Assembly (NCBI GenBank): GCA_035084275.1
Contig: CM068755.1
Span: forward strand, 16,926,001 to 16,990,000
Direction of reading: 5' to 3'
Source of the DNA: Hydrolagus colliei
Taxonomy: Eukaryota
DNA: 64,000 nucleotides
Of this stretch, positions 55,513-64,000 are shown piece by piece (position 1 is the first letter of the stretch; the number at the start of each line of letters is the position of its first letter). Made by a program: the position numbers and the translations under genes. The notes beneath the pieces are model-generated. The model was not told the DNA's origin. It searched no databases and saw nothing but the letters and a program-made list of their open reading frames with translations.

Positions 55513-57966
55513 TTATATTCTCACTGCCTTCAACATCAGGTTAAACAATAAAAGGGCCTGTGGTTGTCCACACATAGCGAGGGGGGTCACTGAGAGGGCC
55601 AGAGCGCAGGTACCACTTCTCCCAGTCAGGGCTGGGAATGAGCTAGTCTGGGCTGGGAATGAGCTAGTCTGGGCTGGGAATGAGCTAGTCTGGGCTGGGA
55701 ATGAGCTAGTCTGGGCTGGGAATGAGCTAGTCTGGGCTGGGAATGAGCTAGTCTGGGCTGGGAATGAGCTAGTCTGGGCTGGGAATGAGCTAGTCTGGGC
55801 TGGGAATGAGCTAGTCTGGGCTGGGAATGAGCTAGTCTGGACTGGGAACAAGCTGGGATTTTGAGCTGGGTAGGAGCTGGGAGTTTGGGCTGGATAGGAG
55901 TTGCCAGTTTGGGCTGCGTAGGAGTTGGCGGTTTGGGCTGGGAATGAGCTAGTCTGGGCTGGGTAGGAACTGGGAGTTTGGCCTAGGAATGAGCTAGTAT
56001 GGGCTTGGAGTGAGCTAGTATGGGTTGGGAATGAGCTAGTCTGGCCTGGGAATGAGTTAATGTGAGCTGGGAATGAGCTAGTCTGGGCTGGGTAGGAGCT
56101 GGGAGCTTCGGCTGGGAATGAGTTAGTCTGGGCTGGAGTTTGGGCTGGGAATGAGCTAGTCTGGGCTGGGTAGGAGCTGGGAGCTTGGGCTGGGAATGAG
56201 CTAGTGTGGGCTGGGTAGGAGCTGGGAGTCAGTGTCCAGGAGCTGGTGGCCTCCATCTCGCAGCCAATTTTCTGCAACAGGAAGAAGAAAAAAATATTTA
56301 ATATCAAGATGAGCAGACAATAAAAACAGCATGCGTCTCATCACAACTTAAATAGTTTATTTAAACCGTCATTAAAATCAGAATGATTTCAATCTGAATC
56401 CGAGGGAGCCTTCGGATGACATGTAACACCAAGCTGTTCATGTGGACATTAAACATCAAATAATAAATAATAATACATAATAATAATAATAATCCTTGCA
56501 TTCTGACACAGCAACTTTTCCCGTCTTCTAGACTGTGTTTCAAAGCGCTTCACAGGATATACTGTCAAGAGAATTGACTGTATATATATATTTGTGGGAG
56601 AGCGAAACGCAACAGACAATTGCGTACAGCAGCGTTCCACCCCCACCCCCCACACAAACAGTCGTGGATTGAAAATGACCAAATAATTATAGGATTTTTT
56701 GGACAGATTATTATTAGGCGTGGACTGGACTCCACAAATGGCTGTAGTGGGAAAGAGGAGGGAGTTTTTTTTCAATCAACCAGATACAATTGGGCATTCA
56801 CTTCATATCTGTTTGTGGAACTTTGCTGCTATCCTCAGCTCAGTTTACAGTGGATCTGGTGAAGCATTTTAGGACATTTGATGCTATGGTAAGGCAAGCG
56901 CTCTATCAAATGCAAGGATTATTATTGTTATAAATATTATTTTTATTATTGATAGGAAACCGCAGAAAAACTGGCTTCCAAATCAGGACTGGAAACGAAG
57001 AACCGTTAAGACCGAATGGTCCAGAGACAACCCAGAGACTGGGCGGGCTCTCAGGTCCTTACCCCGGCAATAAACCACCTGTGCTTTACACCTGACGCCG
57101 ATTAATTTGACCAGTGGCCAAAGGTTCAACAACCGCCCTACAGACTGCGCTCAGTGTCTCAACACAACCTACCTGCAGAGGGGAGAGAGTCAGAGGCTGT
57201 CCGTGGTGCGAGAGAACTCTGCGTTCCGTGGGGAGCGAGGACGAGGCTCGCTGGTGCAAACCCTCTTCCCCGTTGACTCCCAGCAGAGAAGCTTCTCTGT
57301 CGTCGACGTGGCCCTGGCCGGATCCCAGCAGCTTCGTCAGGTGAGCGATGTAGCGGACTGCCAGCTGTAGGGTCTGTAGTTTGGTCAGGTTCTGGTCGGG
57401 GGGCACCACCGAGGGAGGCAGGTACGTCCGCAGGTTGTGGAGAGCGCTGGCCAGGCCCCTCATTCTGAGTTTCTCCCGCTCGCTGGCGCTCTCTCTCTGC
57501 CGGCCCGAGCATCTCCAGCGGCTCTGCCTGCGCCTCCCTCCCCGGCTCGGCGAGGCCGGGCTCCGGTCAGGGCAGTGGGGGGCAGGGGGGGGCGAGGAGG
57601 GGGTCCCCCGGGGCAGCGAAGAGGGTCCGGCTTGGGACCAAAATCGGCAGGACTCGGGAGAAGCCGGTGAGAGGCTGCGGGGAGGGGAATCGGTCAGCCA
57701 CTCGGACTCGGAGCTCAGGCAGCTCCAATCTGTGAGCCCAGGCCAGGCCACGTCCGCGTCCACGTCAGGGCTGGGCTGACTCCACTCGGTCTCGGGGGCT
57801 GGGTGGGACGGTCCCGATGGACGGGGAGGTCGAAAACGAAAGCTTCGATGTCGTCCAGTTCGGAGAGGGCCTGTGGCCAGCAGGGCAGGGGGGAGTCGGG
57901 CGGCTGGGAACGCTGGTCTGAGAAGGTCTTCACACAGTCCTGGTTCTGAGATAATGTCGGCTCCAT
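55513..57966 (-). CDS. MESP: Mesoderm posterior (MESP1/MESP2-like) bHLH transcription factor; exon 1 57966-57173 (one frameshift between the ATG and the bHLH), exon 2 56271-55513
   Basis: b[63 protein letters not shown] is Mesp-type, preceded by an SLSPASPES motif. Donor CAG|GTAGGT at 57173 and acceptor (t-rich)gttgcag| at 56271 are both phase 0. Adjacent to WDR93. MESP1 versus MESP2 cannot be resolved. Confidence 0.92.
55628..56230 (-). repeat. Coding minisatellite in MESP exon 2: 21-nt (TSSFPAQ) and 24-nt (TPSSYPAQ) units, about 27 in total
   Basis: On +, GCTGGGAATGAGCTAGTCTGG occurs in 10 perfect copies at 55631-55840, followed by degenerate 21/24-nt variants to about 56230. Confidence 0.95.
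56478..56722 (-). mobile_element. SINE, 5'-truncated, in the MESP intron
   Basis: Family tail and core. Confidence 0.8.
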
Positions 57967-58109
57967 CTCTAGACTGACTTGAGAGTCAAAGAATCAAGGC
58001 GAGGCACAGACTGAGTGTGTGTGAGTGTCTTGTGTCTCTGTGTGTGTGAGTGTCTGTGTGTGCTCCAGTCAGCGCATGTGTGGAAGTACAGGCCTGAGCT
58101 GAGCAGCTG

Positions 58110-58245
58110 CTGCTTTTATTCCTGACCCTCGGAGGTGTGAAGCGAAACTTCACAGGATAGGAAAGTTGAGCCGTTAGGAAGCTCGGTGTTTCGTACCCAG
58201 GATCCGAGAGAGAGAGCGAGAGAGAGAGAGAGAGAGGTGTGAAAC
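58110..58245 (-). promoter_or_regulatory. MESP proximal promoter with T-box sites and a TATA-like element
   Basis: AGGTGTGAAG at 58133 paired with inverted CTTCACA at 58148; AGGTGTGAAA at 58235; AATAAAA on the minus strand at about 58114-58120. These lie 150-280 bp upstream of the ATG. Confidence 0.65.
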
Positions 58246-58888
58246 CACCACAAAAACAACAGCCTAGATAATTACAATAATAATCATAATAATCCCGGTG
58301 TTTGACAGAGTGCCTCATCAAGCCGTCTCTCACAGAGCTCGTCACAGCAACAACAACAACAACAACAACAGCAAAATTACATTTGTAAACCCACAGAATA
58401 TATTGTAAAGTGAATTTGCTGGCTGGCTGGCTGGGTGGTGGGGGAGGTAGCGGAGGTGAGGTTGGGGGGCGAAAATATTTTATTGATCAGACTCTGAGAA
58501 ATTCCAGATAGGGGCAGATAATCTCTCCAACTCACTCCCACCCTCTCCACTCCCGGCCTCTCCCTCCAATATGATAATAATAATAATAATTTGATGTAAG
58601 GCTTTGTTGAGCTCAGAGATACCACCACCTACTGTAGAGTGAAAGGAAATTCAGTGATTTCAAATTAAAATGATGAAAATGTTAAATCTGTGGTGGGTCA
58701 CAATGTGAATACAGCAGATTCTGAGGCTGAGCGTTAGGCAAGGCAATGGAGGGTGGGGTGGGGGGGGGGGGGGGGGTGGGAACATGTGGGAGTTTACTGC
58801 CAGACTAGGAGGGTGGGAAGCAGGGAGAGGGAGCAGGAGGGGATGGGGGAGAGAGAATACTAGCAGAGGTGGGGAATGCAGGACAGTA

Positions 58889-59059
58889 GGGGTTTAATTA
58901 GCTTCACACTCCACCTATAATAACCTCATCAAGCCTGAGGTGTTGGGATCTCCACCGGCTGATGTTTTCACAAGTGTCCGGGGACTGGATGGTGTGAGGG
59001 TGGGAAGAGCATGAGATGGAGAACTCCTGACACCTCATCTCTGCCAGTAATTAAACCCC
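58889..59059. mobile_element. 171-bp inverted-repeat (MITE-like) element, copy 2, upstream of MESP
   Basis: Direct near-identical copy of 45338-45508. Confidence 0.6.
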
Positions 59060-59107
59060 AGAACGAGAACCGGGAACAACGCAGAGTTAATAAATAATCA
59101 ATAATCA

Positions 59108-59543
59108 ATAATAATAATAATCCTCGCATTTGATAGAGCGGCTTTTTCACATTTTATCGACTGTGTCTCAAAGTGCTTCTCACAGAATATACTATAAAGT
59201 GAATTGACTATATATATATTTGTGGGAGAGCGAATTGCGCACAGCAGCGTCCCGTCCCCCCCACCCCCCTCCCACACACACACACAAACAGTCGTGGATT
59301 AAAATGACCAATTTTTATTATTGTGAGGTTTTTTTTGGAGGGATTATTATTATTAGGCGTGTATGTGTATGTGGGTGTGTGCGTAGTAAGGAAACTTGAC
59401 CATGGTTTCCCCCTGATCTGCCTGGATTCGAACACAGGTCTCTCGCTTGTACGGCGAGTGAAGCTCTCTGAGACGCCCTCCGGCGTGGAGGGCGCTGTAT
59501 TAATCAAAGTTGTTGCTCTAAACCACTGAGCTACAGGACTCCA
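59108..59543 (-). mobile_element. Full-length tRNA-derived SINE with an insertion of about 55 bp in its head
   Basis: Same family; its tail abuts the second 171-bp element; extra sequence at 59461-59515. Confidence 0.85.
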
Positions 59544-60078
59544 CAATTGACTGTATTGTATGTAGTTTACGTTCACTATTACGTCGTTCGCCAGTGGGTG
59601 GGAATGAACTACTGTAGTTTGGGTAGCGTAGGCTACTGTCCGCTATCCTGATGCAGCGTCCCTCCTCAGTCTTAATGTCGCCATTTTAGGCTTGTGCGTG
59701 AGATCGGTAATATTTATAATATGGTGATTTATTTGTGCAAATCCTCTATAAACACGTGTCCAAAATCACCCAGGAAGTGACAGTTATGTGTCTGGGAATA
59801 AAAATAAAACACCAGGAAAACTATTCCTCTCTAAACGAAATTAGATTTTTTAACCCGTGTTGATGCCGTGAGTGTTATGTTATTTAAATTTATATATTTT
59901 TTACATTTTAGATTTTACGTTTATGAATGTACACGTATTTCAACTGATAATGTGTCTGTTTTTAGAAAATTTTGATGAAAAATGTCCAAAAGACCATAAC
60001 TTCACTTTGTACATTGTACAATTTATGGGGAAAAATGTGTTCGCTTCATGTCATTTCACTTAAAGTCGCATTTTTCAT

Positions 60079-60418
60079 GGAGCTCCTGTAGCTCAGTGGG
60101 TTAGAGCCACTCACTCGCCTTACAAACGTGAGACCTGTGTTCTAATCCAGGTAGGTCAGGTCAGAGCGAAACCTTGGGCAAGTTTCCTTACTCCAGACAC
60201 ACACACACACGCCTAATAATAATCTGTCAAAAAAAAATGAAGAATAAAAATTGGTCATTCTCAATCTACGACTGTTTGTGGGGATGCTGCTGTGCGCAAT
60301 TGGCTGCCACGTTTCGCCCACAAATATACAGTCGATTCACTTGACAGTATATTATGTGAAGCGCTTAGATAAGATGTGAAAAGCCGCTATATCAAATGCC
60401 AGAATTATTATTATTATA
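60079..60418 (+). mobile_element. Full-length tRNA-derived SINE (representative copy)
   Basis: A box TAGCTCAGTGG, B-box-like GTTCTAATCC, internal (CA)n, core GCTGTGCGCAATTGGCTGCC, tail TATCAAATGCCAGA(ATT)n. Confidence 0.9.
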
Positions 60419-60704
60419 ACACAACTACGACGTTAAGCGGGGACTAATTGTATATGGAAAGTGATTCGAACGAATTGTTTGTGGCAAGGAATTTTCTGAA
60501 CCCAGGCTATCTGCGATTTCGGTCAGCCTTCAGGTCTCTCATCAAGAGTACCTCAGGGCTCCCCCCTTCTCCCCCCACCCCTTTTCTTTGCGTCCGACAG
60601 TCGGGAGCTTTGATTGATCGCTTGGCATGAGAGTAAATAAGTGTGAGTGTTGGGGTATGCTGTTTACACACACACTCCACCCTTCGATGAGAATGAGCTG
60701 AGCT

Positions 60705-61002
60705 GTGAGGTGTGAAGGCCTCACACGCCACTGAACAACTGGCAGCTAATGGTCTGTGGGTGTCAAGGTGTGAAATGTGGGAGTGACGAGGAATCGATTC
60801 CCTAAACATTCTCCCGATAATTCCATTCCTTTCCACTAGACTCTTAATATTGATAGATTTACTAATAAACAAATGGACATGGATTAGATTTCTGACCAAT
60901 CAAACAGAGGTCTTTTCACCGGCTTCGGATGTCCCCCCGACGTGAAAGGCGCTATACAAATGTAATTTCGTGGCTGCTGTTCTCATTGCCGTGTGTGGGA
61001 AC
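60705..61002. promoter_or_regulatory. Candidate MESP enhancer: T-box site cluster plus RBPJ site
   Basis: Near-palindrome AGGTGTGAAGGCCTCACACG at 60708-60727, GGTGTCAAGGTGTGAAA at 60759-60775, TGTGGGAA at 60994-61001. Confidence 0.55.
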
Positions 61003-61316
61003 CTTGGGAAGTTTCCTTACTCCACACACACACTCACACTCACACACACTCACACACACTCACACACACGCGCGCGCGCCTAATAATATTCCTCCAAAAG
61101 AAAACAACAATAATAAAATTGGTCATTTCAATCCACGACTGTTTGTGTGGGGTGGGGGGGGGGGGGACGCTGCTGTGAGCAATTGGCTGCTACGTTTCGC
61201 CCACAAATATATACTTTACAGTATATTCACTTTACAGTCTATTCTGTGAAGCGCTTTGAGACACAGTCGATAAGATATAAAAAGCCACGATATCAAATGC
61301 CAGGATTATTATTATT
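61000..61316 (+). mobile_element. SINE, 5'-truncated
   Basis: Family core and tail. Confidence 0.82.
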
Positions 61317-61516
61317 TGAAGGACAGCACCTCCGACACAGCGCTGGGGAAGGAGGAAAGAGATGTCCAGTGTGCTTAAGAATGCACTGAAATACCGTGTG
61401 TGTGTGTGTGTGTGGGGAGGGTGGTGGGGGGGTGGGGTAGTGGGGGGCGGGAGAGGCTGGGAGTGGCAGTGATTATCGGAGCTGGTGAGAGATTGTGGCT
61501 GAGGTGTGATTGTTTG

Positions 61517-61757
61517 GAGTCCTGTAGCTCAGTGTTTAGAGCACTCACTTCGCAAGCGAGAAAAGTGGGTTGGATTACAGGCAAGGCAGAGCGAAACCGT
61601 GGGCAAGTTTCCTTACTCCACACGCCTAATAATAACCCTTTCAAAAACAGATATATTAATTTGGTTGCACAATGTGCGACTGTTTGTGTGGGGGACGCTG
61701 CTGTGCGCAATTTCGCCCACAAATATACAGTCAATTCGCTTCACAGTGTATTCTGTG
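61517..61757 (+). mobile_element. SINE, degenerate and 3'-truncated
   Basis: TAGCTCAGTG head and family core. Confidence 0.75.
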
Positions 61758-62192
61758 GTGTACAGTACATCCTATTTGTTGCTTTCAGGTGCACATTAAA
61801 GATTTCAAACGCTATTTAAAAAGGAAAGTGAGCCAGTGGCTCACTTGGGACTTCCTCCTGACGTGAATGTAACGTGTTGTTGTTGTTGTCGTCCTGTTTT
61901 TGTGACCCACTGGTTCGTTCAGTGTAAACACAGCCTCAGGAACTATCCGCTCTGCCAGACGCTGACACCCACAGCCCTGGAGAAAGCTCCCTACGGGGGC
62001 TCCGAGTGTTAAAGTGAGGACGTCCTGCGGAGAGAGAGAGAGAGAGAGAGAGAGAGGCAGCTGGATCAGTCCAGGATTCCGGGAGACTTCACGCCAATGC
62101 CGAGGCCCAGCTCTCTGTCTCTCTGTCTCTGTCTCGGGCTACGGCTGACACAGCCATAGAGAGGTCTTGGGCAGTAATAAATAATAATAAAG

Positions 62193-62405
62193 TAATAATA
62201 ATCCTTGCATTTGATATCGCGGCTTTTCACACCATCTAGACTGTGTCTCAAAGCGCTTCAAGAATATACTGTAAAGTGAATTGACTGTATATACATACAT
62301 ATATATATATAAGTGGGTGAAATGCGGCAGCCAATTGCGCACAGCAGCGTTCCCCCCCCACCACACAAACAGTCGTGGATTGAAAATGACCAATTTTATT
62401 ATTGT
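62193..62405 (-). mobile_element. SINE, 5'-truncated
   Basis: Family tail and core. Confidence 0.8.
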
Positions 62406-63576
62406 GGGTTTTTTCCTGGCCCGCCTACACTCAGCGCAGTCTCTGTACTCAACTCAAAACTGTTCTGAGCGGTATCCAAGCGGTTGTGTGTGCTTGTGGG
62501 CTGTGGATTGATGGCTGGGGTGGTGTGAGGATGAGGTGGAGGGCGGGTGGGGTGGGGTGGGGGGTGAGGTTGGATTGGGTGGCGTAAGTTTTGGGTTTGG
62601 GATGGGGTGAGAGCATGAGCGAGAGTGTTTGTGTGTGGTGTGTGTGTGTGTGTGTGAGTGTGTATGTGAGTGTGCTGGTTTGAGGCAGGACTGACAGAGC
62701 TGAAGCTGTCCGGGGATGAGAGAGGATTGAACAAAGAGCGACTCTCCACCGTGGGGCCAGCCTCACTGTGATTTTTGGCCGCGATTCAGAACAATTTGGG
62801 TCGAACCCAAGCCCAAAGATGTCAAGCAATAACTGGCACTGTTCAACTGGGACAATGTTCTGTTTCATGTAGAAACAAGACTCAGGGCTTGTCTTTGTGC
62901 CAGAATTGATTTATTTTATATTATTTTTATTTTATTTTATTTTAATATTTTATTTTATTTTTATTTTTCTTCTCTTTCTTTATTACAAAATGATTCCCCC
63001 TGCCTCTCCTTGGCTGACTTTCTGACTGGGCGAGTTACTGAGCGTTGCCAACGCGAGCTGAACGCTCCCCATTCACAGGTCTCACTGTAAGTACAACTCC
63101 TCTTTTCAGTTACCAGGGGAAAAAAAAAGTCACCGCAGTACATGAGGTTGAGCCGAGCTCCCCAACGGCCCGGCTCAGAGGAGGGGAAAATCAACCCCGG
63201 ACGGAGACCGAGAGTCGACAGTACAGACATTGATAGCCAGCCCACATTGCCAATGGCTTTTACGCTCGGGGTGAAAATTCCTAACCCCGTTTCAGGCAAA
63301 GTCCCGAAACAATTCTGCCAAAACAAAATGGGAATTTGATAGTTGCTTGAAAAGGAGAGACGTGAATAATGTGTGTGTGTGTGTGTGTGTGTGTGTTTGG
63401 GGTAAAAACGGAGTCGAGTGTGTTTGACTGGGTGGCTCACTGCGCAGGAATGGGGGAGGGGGGGTGGTGGGGGTAGTGTACTGAGTGGGCTGACTTCTGT
63501 GCTGTGATATTCAGTGGTTCTGTGATGTGTTGCTCTGATTGACTTATCTGAAGATGCTTTGGATATAATATTAACA

Positions 63577-64000
63577 TGAACATAAGAATTAGGAGCAGGA
63601 GTAGGCCATTCAGCCCCTCCAGCCTGCCCCATCATTTGATAAGATCGTGGCTGATCTTCTGACCTAACTCTGATTACCTGCCCTATCCCCATATCCCCTA
63701 ATCCCTCTATTTTTTTAAAAAAAACTCTATCAGTCTCAGCCTTGAAAATGTTCAAGGACTGAGCAACTACAGCCTTCTGGGGAAGTGAATTCCATAAACT
63801 CACTACCCTCTGAGTGAAAAAATGTTTCTTCAACTCTGTTTTAAAAGGCTGACCCTTAATTTTAAGACTGTGACCCCTGGTTATAGATTCTCCTACCAGG
63901 GGAAACAGTCCCTCAGTGCCTACTTTATCCAGCCCTTTAAGAATCTTATATGTTTCAATAAGATCCCCCCTAATTCTTCTGTACTCTAGAGAATACAGCC
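63577..64000 (-). mobile_element. CR1-type LINE 3' end (ORF2 C-terminus and 3' UTR), continuing beyond the window
   Basis: Minus-strand peptide KHFFTQRVVSLWNSLPQKAVVAQSLNIFKAETDR is typical of the CR1 ORF2 C-terminus; 3' UTR GGGGCTGAATGGCCTACTCCTGCTCCTAATTCTTATGTTC. Confidence 0.88.

Noticed and set aside
55487-55864. Plus-strand ORF with (AGNELVW)n
   Set aside because: Antisense reading of the MESP exon 2 repeat with no independent support.
55628-56230. Regular short repeat array resembling a CRISPR array
   Set aside because: Units are contiguous with no unique spacers, there are no cas genes, and the context is eukaryotic; it is a minisatellite.
62961-63833. 290-aa minus-strand ORF
   Set aside because: Only the N-terminal part is a CR1 ORF2 remnant; the rest is chance read-through including a CA repeat.

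Overview
This is vertebrate genomic DNA, not prokaryotic. The repeat content suggests a cartilaginous fish, possibly a chimaera, which is an inference. The window holds five intron-containing genes whose human orthologues lie on 15q26. CHD2 (+) has 37 coding exons at 5311-22516 that splice into one intact frame; its first coding exon is not in the window. RGMA (-) shows only its last coding exon, 27276-27968. PEX11A (-) has 3 exons at 38072-41812. WDR93 (+) has 15 coding exons at 43775-53537. A MESP-family bHLH gene (-) has 2 exons at 55513-57966. Non-coding DNA is dense with one tRNA-derived SINE family (about 30 full or partial copies), CR1/L2 LINE 3' fragments, mini- and microsatellites, long G/C tracts and five N gaps. 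Most notable: (1) MESP exon 2 encodes about 27 frame-preserving Ser/Thr/Gln/aromatic heptad and octad repeats; (2) a 171-bp inverted-repeat element occurs twice with 2 mismatches, and one copy carries T-box-like and RBPJ motifs 0.9 kb upstream of MESP; (3) about 10 frameshifts hit RGMA, PEX11A, WDR93 and MESP but none hit CHD2, most likely assembly indels although decay cannot be excluded. Gene identities come from my recall of vertebrate orthologue sequences, not from a database search. Most entries in the supplied ORF track are spurious.
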